DNA of 62,806 nt, the filler included, from Chiloscyllium plagiosum (lineage: Eukaryota): assembly GCF_004010195.1 (NCBI RefSeq). It is 4 parts of one record of this genome, joined end to end, with 100 filler letters (N's around TTAATTAATTAA, not from the genome) between each part and the next. Parts side by side here need not be neighbours in the genome. Positions count along the whole stretch, not along the records: positions 1 to 26,093 come from NC_057716.1; 3 more parts are not named here. One strand, given 5' to 3'. The stretch's first letter is position 1, and every line of letters begins with the position of its first letter. The position numbers and the translations under genes are program-made. This document shows, in pieces, positions 12,856 through 26,193 of the stretch. The notes beneath the pieces were generated by a model that was not told where the DNA came from, searched no databases, and saw only the letters and a list, made by a program, of their open reading frames with translations.

Positions 12856-13610
12856 AAATCCCACTTTCAAGATTGGAGTGCTAAATGCTGGCACCTGGAG
12901 CGGGACCTGAGGGAATACCTCACTGTTGGGAGTGCTGTCTTTCAGGTTAGATGTAAAACTGAGGACCCGTTTTGGCCCTCAGATGATTGTAAAAACGAAA
13001 AACAACTGTTGAAGAGGAACCGAGGTCCCGGTCAATGATGACCACTGAGCCAGTGACTTAAAATCAGATTATCTGGTCTTTATCGCCTTGCTTTTTTAAA
13101 ATAGTGTTTCCATCGCATGTCTCCAATGAAAAGTTAAGGGTTCAGCTCTCCGGTGGCCCACCCACCCCTTGCTCCCTAGTCTGGCAGCCTCCGTTTTCTC
13201 TGACCTCTGTCACTCACCTCTCTCCTCCAGTCAAAAGCTGATTTGCTATTCTTCCGTTTTACCTCATGAGGTAGGATGTTTTCTATTTGTCCTTGTGAAT
13301 GGGTTTCCCCAGGCAGTTTGGGGAATGTCAGGGTCGTGATTCGCCCATACACACTTTGCAAATTGCCTCCCAACTACGCGCGGTCAAGATATTTGCTTTA
13401 CTTGTGGCTCCTGCACAGACACCACTCAAAGGGCAGGTCTAATGAAAACACACATCGTGGGGAGGTCTGTATCTGTATCAGGAGCGAGGTTTCACAGGCA
13501 AGGAACATCCTACATTTTTATGCGATTGCAATGCGTGTCCAAATATTTAGATTGTGTTTCCCTGGACTGTGCTAATGGAGTCAGGAAACATGAAGTTTTG
13601 AGCTGTGTCA

Positions 13611-14328
13611 GTCATAGAGAGGTACAGCATGGAAACAGACCCTTCAGTCCAACTCGTCCACGCTGACCAGATATCCTAATCTAGCCCCATTTGTCAGCAC
13701 TTGGCCCATATCCCTGGTCTTTTCCCTGGGGTGGGGGAGTTCAGAACCCAAGGGCATATGTTTAGGGTGAGAGGGGAAAGATTTAAAAGGGACACAATGG
13801 GTAACTTCTCCACATAGAGGGGGAGGTGTGTGTGGAATGAGCTGCCAGAGGAAGTGGTGGAGGCTGGTACAATTACAGCATTTAAAAGGCATCTGGATGG
13901 GTATATGAACAGGAAAGTTTTTGAGGGCTATGGGCCAAGTGCTGGCAAATGGGACTCGATTGGGTTGGGCTATCTGGTCGGCATGGACGACTTGGACCAA
14001 AGGGTCTGTTTCTGTGCTGTACATCTCTATGACTCTAAGTCATTTTTAGAAATGATGAAAAGCAGTGGAGCCAGCACTGATCTCTGTGGTACACTACTGG
14101 TCACAGACCTCCAGTCTGAAAAGCAACTGTCTACCACCCTCAGTTTTCTACCTTCGAGCCAGTTCTGTATCCAAATGGCTTGCTGTCCCTGTATTCTGAG
14201 ATCTAACCTTGCTAACCGGTCTCCCATGGGGAACCTTTTTCGAATGCCTTACTGAAGTCCATATAGATCACATATGCCGCTCTGCACTCATCAATCCTCT
14301 TTGTTACTTCTTCAAAAAACTCAATCAA
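13611..14328. mobile_element. Composite CR1 locus: minus 3' end (13611-13715), plus 3' fragment (13716-14036), minus RT fragment (14040-14328)
   Basis: Plus ORF WNELPEEVVEAGT; minus ORF 14027-14227 WIQNWLEGRKLRVV...VTSSVPQRSVLAPLLFII, a CR1 RT motif. Confidence 0.8.
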
Positions 14329-15823
14329 CAGTGCAAGTTAGGTAATGGGCAGCAGGGTTTTGGATGAGTTCACAGTTCACAAAAGGTGGAAGCCTGAGCC
14401 CCATAATCGCCTCCAAAACCCCCCACCCCTTCTCCAAAGTATTCACTCGAGATGGAGTCTTGAGACATCGAGAGCTCCATGTCCCAGAGACCCTCTGGTG
14501 TGTCGAATGGAACAGAGGAAGGAACTTTGTCTGTGCGTTATGGTACAACAAATTACTGTACATGTGTGAGCAGAACTAACCTGGACACACACATACCAGA
14601 TCAAAGCTCCCTGCTGCACAGTAATGACCGTGAAATTCCCTTTGCCAGCAACCTGTACGGAATCTCCTCTACCCAAGTCAAGTAGCCTCCCAACGTTTCA
14701 ATTCTGGACAAAATCTTTCTTTAATCCCTTCACAGTGGGGGAACGGCAGGCCTGACATTAACAGACAGCAATTCATGTTCAGAACCTAACTTCTCCTCCT
14801 TTCATACACTTGGTGCAGAATGCATTCACAAATGCTTCTTGTTGCTAGGGGTGGGTGGGGGAGTTGTGGCCCTCAGTTACTCCAACATTTCTTTGCACGA
14901 AAGGGTGATTTATATTAAACACTAGGTCACAATGTGGCAGCAAATGAGGTGTGTTCTGGCCTTCACTAGTTTTGGTAGTTATGTTTAGTGATCTCTGACC
15001 AGTAAGACATTTGCCAATGGAGCCAAGGGTGAACTGAAAAACCTAGGTGCTTGAAATGATCTGAAAACCTTTCTTTTGACTTGCATCCAGACATTGACCA
15101 GTGGTGACCTGACTGCTGGCTAACACCAGCTGCTACTGTGTGGCTGTTGTTCCTGTTACACCTCCCCAGTCCCTTCATTTCACGAGGTGCCATGGTTTTA
15201 CAATTCCCTCCTCTTTGATCCAGTCTTTTGGTCACCTGTCCCCATATCTCCTGCTTTGTCTTGGTGCTGATTTCTAGCTGACAATTCTCCTTTGACTTGG
15301 GATGATTCACGACGTTAAATTTGCCGTGTAAATGTAAGTTGTTGATGAAGTGAGGAGTTTTAAACTTAAAGTCTGCCACCTTCACCTTTTTCCCCTTGCC
15401 ACCGAGGCACAGTGGTGAGTTATTTCTCACGGTCGGTATGTCACTATACCATTATAAGACACACTCTCACATCCTCACTGAATCATAGCATGTAGCCTGA
15501 GACTATAAAGGTCTCAGACTTTGTCTTACCTCAGACCACTTGAAGCACGATGCTCTGGGGAAGCATGTTGCTCTGTTGTAACATTCTAAATAAATGTTAA
15601 CCTAGACACTCGTGTCTGAGGAATGTACCGTTTGAACATAACAGTTAATTGAAGTAAATTTCTGTCGGATCCTTCAATGCCACTATACCAAGTTTCTTAA
15701 GTTGTGGGAGATTACCCAAGTGTGGCTGCATTTGGTGAAAACACCTTTTTGGAAGCAAACTATTAACAAGTAGTATTTTTAATCAGGTTCCTAACTGCCA
15801 GGCAAGTCCAATCACCACCTTCA

Positions 15824-16110
15824 GATTAGATTCCCTACAGTGTGGAAACAGGCCCTTTGGCCCAACCAGTCCACACCAACCCTCCGAAGAGTAACCCACC
15901 CAGACCCATGTCCCTCTAATTTAGCATGGCCAATTCACCTGACCTGCACATCTTTGGACTGTGGGAGGAAACCGGAGCACCCGGAGAGGACTCACACAGA
16001 CACGGGGAGAACGTGCAAACTCCACACAGACAGTTGCCCAAGACTGGAATTGAACCTGGGACCCGGATGCTGTGAGGCAGCAGTGCTAACCACTGAGCCA
16101 CCATGCCGCT
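15824..16110 (-). mobile_element. HE1-type V-SINE
   Basis: Reverse complement of tRNA head, V domain and tail. Confidence 0.85.
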
Positions 16111-16480
16111 CCTTTGGTTATAAATACACTCTTTCCTCTTATCTTGTGATGTGTCTGTAAATGCTGAGGTAACTCGGGGTGCCCAGAAGTGAGTTTCTGT
16201 CTCCACTGGCCTCCAGGTTTGGAATTTTTTGCAGGAATAGAAACTGTAAAAGGGTTGGACTGCCCTTCGAGACCATAGATTGCCAGAATGTGAAGTGAGA
16301 TATTTTCATCAAGTTGACAGGAAATCTCTGGTCTGACGGAGAGTCATTGATACTCAGAATGTTAATTCCCTGTTTCACTCTCCACAGGGGAAGTCAGACC
16401 TGCTGAGTTTCTGTAGTACTTTTGATTTTCATTGTAGGGCAATAAATTGTTTTGCATTTGGTTGAGAATGATTGAAGATG

Positions 16481-16707
16481 GATGTAGGTTTGCTAGCTGA
16501 GCTGGAAGGTTCATTTTCAGTTGTTTCATCACCCATACTCCTCTTCAGTGAGCCTCCCGACCAAAGCCGGATGAAGTTACATCTGGAGGCTCACTGAAGA
16601 TGTTACCTGGTATGGTGATGAAATGTCTGAAAATGAACCTTCCAGCTCAGCAAGCAAACCTACATCCAGAGCCTCAACCTGAGCTACAAATCTTCTCAAA
16701 ACTCAGT
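16481..16707. mobile_element. Penelope-like element terminal fragment arranged as an inverted repeat, with hammerhead-like core
   Basis: 14-bp TSD AATGATTGAAGATG (16467-16480, 16708-16721); about 16479-16557 is the reverse complement of about 16585-16667; core at 16594-16627. Confidence 0.8.
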
Positions 16708-19115
16708 AATGATTGAAGATGTTTAAATTAAGCTTTTGAAGGATGGTGTTTAATACTCATCCTAACTGACCTTTGAGAAGATAATGGTGATCTGTTTTCT
16801 CGAATACAACTGTTTAGCTAAATACCTGGCGGTTGGTTTGTTTCAGAACGTGGGTGTGATTGGTGGCTGAGAGACTCAATCTGTCATTGTCTGACTGCAG
16901 ATCAATCAGAAACAGACTGAAGTCCCTCCTTTGCAGCCATGTAACAGCATTTACTTTGAAACCATTAGTTTGAAATCATGAAAAATGGGACTGTTAAGAA
17001 CCAGAGGGCATGGAATTCAAGTCAAACTGGCAAAAGAAACAGAAGCAACTTGAGGAAACAAAAATGCTTTTATTTTTAAACAAACTGTGGTTTTCCAGGT
17101 CTGGAATGTTCTGTCTGAGGCTGTGGGAGTTTTGTTGATCAGTTAAATACCTGAAGGGTGAAAATAATGTGGCCTGCAGGGAAAGGGTTTGGGCATGGGA
17201 GTGGCCGACTGGTCTTGCAGAGAGCCAGCATATGCTCCACGGGTCGAAGGCCCCCCCCCTCCCCCCCCCCACCTGTGGTGGGACCTTTTGGAGGATGTGA
17301 GGTAGCTCAGGGTCAGCTGCTAACTCCAGAGAGTCTGTGCCAGTCAGCAATGTGAAAATTAGCTGCAAAGGAAGAAACTGCTATCAATTGCTCCCAGCTG
17401 TATTCCATTCTTTGGGGAGGGGGGCGGGGGGGGAGGTCTGCTCTTGAACTTCCCCATTGCCTTTGTCAGGCTCTCTCTTCAGCTGCCAAGGCCCTGAGCT
17501 CTGGAATACCCTTTCTAAGTCTTTCCATTTCATCTTCTCTTTCCTCCTTTCAGGCACCCTTGGCCAGTCTTTGGTCATCTGTCCTACTACCTCCACGCTG
17601 TCCACGATCTAGAATGCAGTGCCTGAAAGTGTTGGAAGCACATTCTGAAGTAAAGTTCCGAACGGAATTGGCTCTTTCTACTTTAGAAGGAAAGTGGGGA
17701 GGAAGCCGGGGACCGAATCCTCAGTTGGAGAGCCAGTACACTGGGGACAGATAAAGGTCTCTGCATCTGAATGACTTTATAACGTCTCTCGCTCTCTCAG
17801 CCTCGCGGGCCCTGAGTCCCAGATCATAACGAAAGACAGTATTTTTAAAAAAAACAAACCCCACCTCCCTCTGCTTTTTCTTAATGATCTTCAATCCCTT
17901 GTGTTCTGGTTCCCATGCCCTTGGCCAGTGGAGACAGGGAGATGGATTTGTGCAGCGGGGTAGGGAGTATTCTTTGGCTACCCATCGAGTCAAGGAGCTC
18001 CCCAGTTGGCAGAGCTGGCAATGGGGTATAGGCCTTCCCACCCAATATTTAGCTCAGGCAAAGGTGGCAGGGTTCTGGTCTGCCACCACTCTATGCCCTC
18101 ACTAAGTTCCCCTTCAGTCTCTAAGCACAGAGGGTTCAACCCCTCACTTTACCAATATTGTGGTACTTCCAGGCCACTATATTCAAGATGGCTGAACAGG
18201 GGAACGTGTTACTGAAGGTTTTCTGTTTGTGCTTATCAGGACAAATGCAAGCATGCCAAATGTTTATAGTATAGGAGAGAAAGGTGCGGGTTGGTTGGCA
18301 GGTTGACTCTGGTTGGACCATGTGTGACTGTCGGAGAGATTGGGATGAATGTTGGATGCCCAAGTTGAGATGAGTAGGGTACCACCGGATCTGTGTGGGT
18401 TCAGTGAACTCCAGGGCAGCTTGACTCCACTGTTAACTTTGCAATTCTGCCGTAACAAGTTGGAATGAAATGACTGCTTTCCCATCCTATATTTGGGTTC
18501 TTTTGGAAGGAATTAAGTTCTCTTCCTGACTCTGGGCCTGTAAGATTAACCCTTTGAAATACTCAAAGTGCACAACCAGGCGTCTGTATTGTATTAGAGG
18601 TGGCTTGGTAAGTTGCAATCTCTCCTCCGGGCCAGAGATCGTAAATGTTTGCTCCGCTCTAGAGTTTAGAATGCACAGTGTAGGCTGGTGCTCCCAGTGT
18701 TACTGATTGTGGGATCTTGCTGTGCACAGATTTTCCCTATGTTTAAATAATAGACACTGTTTTAAAGTATTGCTTCGATTGTCAGTGTACTGAGAGATTC
18801 TCCCCATACTGAGAGATGTCCACATGTATGTACGTTCATGCTACATTAGTGCAAGTCCTTCACCTTTCATTCAGTGAAGGATCTGGCTCTATTTCTCTCT
18901 GGGACCTGATTTGTTTGTGCTGTCTTCAGTATTTAACCTCCACCATGGAACCTCCTGACCATTTATTCAGAAGGAGCTGCTTATGTGTAGATCCATCGGG
19001 CTCAGCTGGACACTTTTTCTTACATTCATAAATGTGAGCATCAATGGTTATTGCGTCATACACATCCCTAAATGCCCAGATAAGTATTGAGCACATTGCT
19101 ATGAATCTGGGGTAC

Positions 19116-19630
19116 AGTTTGGCCGGACCGGGAAATGTGAGAATGACAGATTTTCCCCCCCTTGAAGAGGATAAGTCCACGAAGATGGTTTTCCAAAATC
19201 AACATGGCTGACGTTTTTGTTTCCTTCCATATTTTTACCAAATTCAGATTTCACTGCCTACCACATGGGATTTGAGCCCGTCCACAGAATATTAGTCTGA
19301 AGGGGTTAGAGAGTCCAGTGGCATTATCACTGCACCACCCTTGGAGCTGGGAGAATGCAGCAGTTGGCAGAGAGTTTGGCCGGACCGGGAAATGTGAGAA
19401 TGACAGATTTTCCCCCCCTTGAAGAGGATAAGTCCACGAAGATGGTTTTCCAAAATCAACATGGCTGACGTTTTTGATTCCTTCCATATTTTTACCAAAT
19501 TCAGATTTCACTGCCTACCACGTGGGATTTGAGCCTGTCCACAGAATATTAGTCTGAAGGGGTTAGAGAGTCCAGTGGCATTATCACTGCACCACCCTTG
19601 GGGCTGGGAGAATGCAGCAGTTGGCAGAGA
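19116..19630. repeat. Direct tandem duplication of 257 bp
   Basis: agtttggccggaccggg at 19116 and 19373; about 4 substitutions between copies. Confidence 0.95.
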
Positions 19631-21064
19631 TTTGATCTGCTGTTATTCCCACCATGATGCATTGCCAGCCGCCCCTCTGCTGATCCACATTGCTTCCCAG
19701 TCCTGCATCATTTCAATGTTTGTTTTAAATTCCCTTCCTTTTATGTCCAGAACACTGCAGCGTTGTGTGTCATTGCCATCTCTCAGACTCTCAGAGCCCT
19801 GTACACAGTCTCTGACAATCTTTGCTCTACAGTAGCAGAAACTGGCAGGGCCTAAACTCTGGAATCTTGTCTCTAAACCACTCTGTCTCTCTGCTCCCTC
19901 TGTAAAACACTGCTTAAAACTTATTTCTTTATGATCCTTAATATAACACTGGCTTTGCTGGCTTAGCCGGTGGCTCACCTTCTTGAACAACTGCAGTCCT
20001 TGAGGTGTACGTACACCCATAATGCCACTGGGGAAGGAGTTCCAGGATTGTGATCCAGCAAAAAAAAAACACCCTTTGAAAGGCACCTTTTGAAGGGTTT
20101 ACAACTTGACATTGTTTGGCTGTGTTATGTCCGCACCTTCCTTGACCATCTAGTGGGACTTGAACCCAGAGAATCTGACATAAGAGGTAGCAACACTACC
20201 CACTGTCACCGTAAGTCCTCCTCGGACTTGAGGTTAGTCCATCTCATGAAAGTCGCATCTGTTTGTTTTTTTTTTAACTTGAACCCACAACCTAGAACTA
20301 GGGGCCATAGTCTCAAAACAAGGGGGAACGGAATTAGGGCTGAGTTGAGAAGGAACTTCTTCACCCTCAGGATTGTGAATCTGTGGAATTCCTTGCCCAG
20401 TGAAGCTGTTGAGCCTTCCTCATTGAATAGATAGATTTTTGATCAGTCAGGGGATTAAGGGTTACGGTCAGTGGGTGGGTAAGTGGAGCTGAGGCCATGA
20501 AAAGATTAGCCACGATTTTATTGAATCGCGGAGCAGGCTTGAGGGGCCAGATGGCCTACTCCTGCTTTGATTTCTCGTGTTCTTATGTTCTTGTATGGTA
20601 ATTGAATAAGTTGATCTTAACCATTTCAAAGAACAGCTAAGAGTTAACCTTGGGAGGGAATCACATGTAGACAACTTTGGTTCCCGTAGGGACCCAAGTG
20701 AACTATTGAATTTTAATGACAATTTGACAGTTTGAGCTAACATTCTCTCAATTGATCTGCCGATATAAACACTACACCCTTTGTTATGATCTTGACTGCA
20801 AATTTGTCATTTGATATGCGTTCCAAGACCAAACCAACTTCAGCTATCAGTACAGTTGAGCTTGCGTCTTTTACACCTGCACCCCTCCATATCCCTCCCT
20901 TCCAATTCTAACCATCCCTGCCTTATTCAATAACCCTACCTCCACCACTGTCTGAGGCACAGAGTTCCAAAGTCACACCACCCTTACAGAATGAAATTGC
21001 CCTGATCTCTGTCCCAAAAATGTGGCCTCTCATTTTAAAATATGCCCCCTAGTTCTGGACCTGA

Positions 21065-21482
21065 TGTTATCGGACTGAAGGGTTTGAGTTATGAAGGAGA
21101 GGCTGAACAGGCTGGGGCTGTTTTCCCTGGAGCGTCGGAAGTTGAGGAGTGACCTTATAAAGATTTATGAAATCATGAGGGGCATAAGTAGGTTTTTTTT
21201 CTCTGAGGGTTGAGGAGTTAACAGCTATATGGCATTGGTTTAAGGTGAGAGGGGGAAAATTTAAAAGGGACCTAAGGTGCAACTTTTTCATGAGGGTGAT
21301 GCGTGTATGGAATGAGCTGCCAGAGGAAGTGGTGGAGGCTGGTACAATTGCAACATTTAAAAGACATTTGGACAGGTTCATGGATAGGCAAGGTTTAGAG
21401 GGATATGGGCCAAATGTAGGCAAATGGAACTAGTTTATTTGGGAAACTGGTCATAATGGACAGGTTGTGCTGTATGACTCTA
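21065..21482 (+). mobile_element. CR1/HER1 LINE 3' fragment
   Basis: ORF 21245-21433 RVWNELPEEVVEAGTIATFKRHLD. Confidence 0.85.
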
Positions 21483-21639
21483 AGATGAAACATCATTTCC
21501 AATCCACCTGGTCAAGATATTCAGGATCTCCTACTAAAATCAAATCATCCCTCGATTCTGCTAAATTTGAGTGTTTATTTTCCTTCCCAATTACTTATCC
21601 CATTCCATTTCAGCTGAGTGGACCTTTTGTGGACTCTCC

Positions 21640-22800
21640 AGTTTCAAAATATCTTACCTGAATTAAGGTGACCAAAACTGTTCAGTGTTCCAGCTATGGT
21701 CTGAACAGCTTCTTGTGTAGTTTTAGCAAGATTGTCCTATTTATGTAGTCCATTACCTTTGAAATAAAGGCCAACATTCCTTTGCCTTCCCTATCATGCA
21801 ATGAGGTTGGATATGAGATTTTTGAGAATCGTGCTCTGAACCCCCACATCCCGCTGGCTTGCAGTCTTTACCCATCTGAATAATGTACAACTTTTCTATT
21901 CTTCCTGCCAAAGTGCATATTTCACGTTTCCTCCATCTATGTCAAGATTTTTCCCACTCACTTAAGCTGCCTAGATCCATCTGCAGATTCACTCTCATGC
22001 TCACTACTTGTATTCCCACGTATCTTTGTCATTTTTGCAAACTTGGTCACTTACACTGTATCATCCAAGGCATTAGTGTATATTGTAAATAATTGTGGCC
22101 CCTGCACGTATCCCAGTGGCACCCAACTAGTTGCAGCATGCTATCCTGAAAATGCTCCCTTATTCCAACTCTATTTTCCACGAGATAACCAGTCCTCTAT
22201 CCAAGCTAATATACTGCCCCCAACACCATAGTTGCTTACTTTATTAAGTCGCTTCGTGTAGTGCCTTTTGGAAATCAAAATATATTACATCTACTGGTCC
22301 CCTTTATCTACCCTGCTTGTTATGTCCTCAAAGACTGTAATAAACTTTGCAGGCATGATGCCATACTGACTCTGCTTGGTGATATTGTGTGTTTCTAAAT
22401 GTTCTGCTATTACATCCTTTTGCCCAATGACAGATAGCAAGCTAGCGAGCCTACAGTTACCCGTGTCTTTGCCTCCCTCCCTCTCGGAATAAGGGTGTTA
22501 CATTGCCAGTTTTCAATCCTCTGGGACTTCTCCCGAATCTTAAGGATCCCTCGAAGATTGCTGCCGATGCATCCACTATCTCTGTCACTGCTTCCTTTAA
22601 AATCCTCGGCTGCAACCCATCATATTTGGGAACTTCAATAGCCTTTAACCCCAGTAGTTTCCTTAGCACATTTACTTTCGGATAGTTGTGCTTATTTCCT
22701 TTCCACCTTGCACTCCTTGATTATTAAGTATTTTTGTCATGCTAATAGTATCCTCTACTGTGAAGACTGATGCAAAGTATATTTTCAATTCCTCTACCAC
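21640..22800 (-). mobile_element. Old degenerate CR1 LINE ORF2 (RT) fragment
   Basis: Minus ORF 22457-22669 DGLQPRILKEAVTEIVD...NVTPLFREG, CR1 RT N-terminal motifs. Confidence 0.75.
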
Positions 22801-24639
22801 TTCCTGATGATTTTATCCCCAACCTTGTGGGGTCTGTGTTCATAGGTCATTCAGCCCGTTGACTCCACACCGACCCAGCATCCCACCCAGACACCGCCGC
22901 GCACCCCCCCACCCCGGATTCCATCTCGTGCTGACAAAGCCACCGTTCTTTTCTAACCTGGCCTTTCAAAGGGCGTCCGACTCCTAGATGTTCAGTTCCC
23001 AGCTTTGATCTTTTTGTAACAGTGTCTCTCTCCTAGCCATGAGCTCATTCCCATTAACCTCGACGTGTGATGTTAATTCATTTACTTTGTTCAGAATACG
23101 ACGCAAATTCAAGTCGAGAGCCACCCATTTTACCTCATTATCTTTTGATCACCTATTTGCCCCTGCTTTTTCAAGCTTGTTTACTCCGCCTCTTCCTGTG
23201 CCCCTCTGGGTGTCATTATGAAAATATTTGCCCTGCAATGCTGCCTTATCATTTGCAAGTTAACATTTACCTCCTGCCGAATCCCCCCCAGCCACCCAAA
23301 TGGCAGCCTGGTTATTCAGCTTGCCAGGACACTTTTCCCAGCACCGTTCAAGAGAAGCCCATCTGAGGAGAGCAGCTCCCTTCCACCCCAGTAGCTGCAC
23401 CAGTGCCTCATGACCTGAAATCCATTCCTCCTCCATCAGCATTTAACTCCTATGCTTGATGTATCCTGGCCAGTTTGCCTGTGGCTCAGGTAGGAACCCT
23501 GAGATTATCACCTTGAAGGCCTTGCATTTTTGTTTAGCTCCTAATTGCTGTAAATCTGCGTCCTCCGTTAAACACCCTCCCGCGAGAGGAAACTGCTCCA
23601 CACTTATCGACTTCAGAAGCAGTGGTGAGATCTGAATCCACCGCTGTCAACAAAAACTTGTCCAAAATCCTATGCGGAAGCGCAGAATAATGGGAATAAA
23701 AGGCTAACTCTCACAAGGGGGAAGACTCTAATGCAGTGTGCCAAATGATTTCCTTCTGCCTCTTGAATGTAGTGACAGTACAAATACAATCCTTTGGATA
23801 ATTACCGTCAATCAGGAAAACCACACTGCTGTAATTGAAACAGGATTGTACTTATAGCATAGTGGTAATGTCCCTTCCTCTGAGCCAGGAAGCCCAGGTT
23901 GAAATTCCATCTGCATCAGGTACATATAATGACCTCTCTGAATAGGTTGATGAAAAATATCTGCTGCTGTGAGCAATGGGGGTTACTTTTAGGCAAGTTA
24001 TATTGCTGGAGAAATCATCCTGCTTTGATTGGGAGATTTTGCTGTCACTTCTAGCTTGAATTCAGAGAATCAGAAAATGGAAAGCACGAGATCCACGTGC
24101 ACCTCCAACTCAATGCCAGACAGCGGTGGGCCTGAAATCTCTCGCCCCAAATCCTGGAGTTGGGTGTCTAAAATAAAATGGCCGCCTCCATTCCTGACCC
24201 CGGCAATCTTCGCGAGGGTGAGCAGCAGAAGTGAAGTCTGCACCGTTAATTGGCTGCATTTATGAAGTTAAGGATCCCATGAAGTGTTTGCCCTCTGAAC
24301 ATCCTGTTATTTTCATGGGGCAGTGGGTGCCAATTGGAGCTGTGTGGAGCCAGAATGTTCCGGGAGGCAGTAGGGAAGGAGTTTCTCGTGATCCCAACAA
24401 TGGTGGACGCTCCCATGAGAAAACTTAATTGCCGTGCAACAAATGAATAAAGACAAACATTTCCTCGCCCTCTCTCGGCTTGCCATCTGCCCTGGTCAAT
24501 TCAAGAATGCAGGTTCCTCACATTTTAAAAAAAAATCAGTCATAGTGATGGCTGTGGAGACGGTTCAGGGGCTTTCCAGTTTCCCTGCCTCCCCACTCAG
24601 TCACCATAGCAACTCCTCCTCCATTAGGCTTCAAGAAGT

Positions 24640-24965
24640 GACCTTGTTAGAGGTCTATAATGTCATGAAGGGTATAGGTAGGGTTAATGGTAGGTAATTT
24701 CCAGACTAGGAGGCATATTGTTAAGGTGAGAGGAAAGAGATTTAAAAAAGACATGTGGGGCAAATCTTTTACACAGAGGGTGGTTTGCATTTTGAGTGAG
24801 CTTCCAGAGGAAGTGGTGGATGTGGGTACAATTGCAATGTTTAAAAGACATTTGGATGAGTACATGAATATGAAAGGCTTGGAGGGATGTCCCAGGATGG
24901 GACTAGTTTAGCTTGGGATTATGTTCAGCATGGACTGATGGGACTTGAAGGGTCTGTTTCTGTGC
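24640..24965 (+). mobile_element. CR1/HER1 LINE 3' fragment
   Basis: ORF 24687-24911 SFTQRVVCILSELPEEVV. Confidence 0.85.
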
Positions 24966-25621
24966 TGCCAGAGCCACCTGAAAGTGAAGCCCTTCCCGAC
25001 CCCCTTCCAAATATAGCTGAAATTCTCTTCAAAATCGAATGCGGTCTGATCCCGTTTTCAACAAACAAAATTAGTCTGTCACGCACTGTGGACTCCTTGC
25101 CATTTGTTGCCCATCTCTACTCCCCCCTTAGCTTGCTAGGCCATTTCAGAGGGCAGTTAAGAGTCGATGACAGTGCAGTGCTCCCTCAGTATTGTACTGG
25201 TCAGACTGGCACAGTCTGTGGGTGTGCGGCTGAAGCTACCAGCAATGGTGGAGGGCTCCTTTGCAAAGAATCATTTAGAGTTTTATTTCCTGTTTTTGTT
25301 GGCAGGATTTAAGGCAAGAGTTACGACTGGATAGCTTTAGTTGAAAAGGGCAGTGCCGGTCACTTCAGTAATGAGAACAGACAGTGCGAGGGAGTTGAAC
25401 GAACTTCAGTGCAGAGAATGTCTGAGAGCCATTGGGACAATCACTCCTGACTCTCTCAGCAGAGCCCTTTCCATGCATATTCATCCTCTCTCTTGCCCTC
25501 TCTCTCAGCTCACTGGCTCACATTTCTGGGCAGGGTAGAGCTGTCTGCTGCTGCCTTATGTAGAGATTCAGTTTAGTGCAAAAGATTGTGGCTCAGTGAG
25601 TAGCTCAAATCATTTGGTAGT

Positions 25622-25828
25622 CATGATTTGGCGATGCCGGTGTTGGACTGGAGTGGACAGAGGTAAAAATCACACAGCACCAGGTTACAGTCCAACAGGT
25701 TTATTCCGAAGCACTAGCTTCTATAGGTTCTATGTCTTACAATCTTATTCTCCACAACCACACTCCAAAAGCTAGTGCTTCCAAATAAACCTGTTGGACT
25801 ATGACCTGGTGTTGTGTGATTTTTAACT
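25622..25828. mobile_element. Inverted-repeat Penelope-like terminal fragment (third family)
   Basis: aaaaatcacacagcaccaggttacagtccaacaggtttatt...gcactagctt mirrored by aagctagtgcttccaaataaacctgttggactatgacctggtgttgtgtgattttt. Confidence 0.6.
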
Positions 25829-26046
25829 CTAATCATTTGAGTTAAGGGCAATCTCTGTCACATGTTTCCCAGTGCAGTACTGAGGCAGTGCAACACTGTC
25901 AGTGAGGTGCCCTACCATCGAGAAATTAACCTGGTGCACTTCAAAAGATTCCTTGGCACTATTTGTAAAAAAGAGTTTTGGAGGGTGAGTGCAGTTTAGC
26001 TCTTTTACCCTGCCTCCCCTCAGAAACACACACACAAAAACACAGA

Positions 26047-26084
<38 letters not shown>

Positions 26085-26093
26085 CACACACAC

Positions 26094-26193
26094 NNNNNNN
26101 NNNNNNNNNNNNNNNNNNNNNNNNNNNNNNNNNNNNNTTAATTAATTAANNNNNNNNNNNNNNNNNNNNNNNNNNNNNNNNNNNNNNNNNNNN
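26094..26193. other. Assembly gap (44 N + TTAATTAATTAA + 44 N) flanked by (CA)n and (GT)-rich repeats
   Basis: Directly visible. Confidence 0.99.

Noticed and set aside
18873..18890. SEGSGS peptide resembling the multiplexin DMEGSG glycosaminoglycan site
   Set aside because: No acidic context, no adjacent Gly-X-Y and no suitable donor site; a chance match.
26138..26149. Palindromic TTAATTAATTAA present three times (also 36702-36713 and 52392-52403)
   Set aside because: It is always centred in exactly 44+44 N and has stops in all six frames, so it is an artificial contig spacer.
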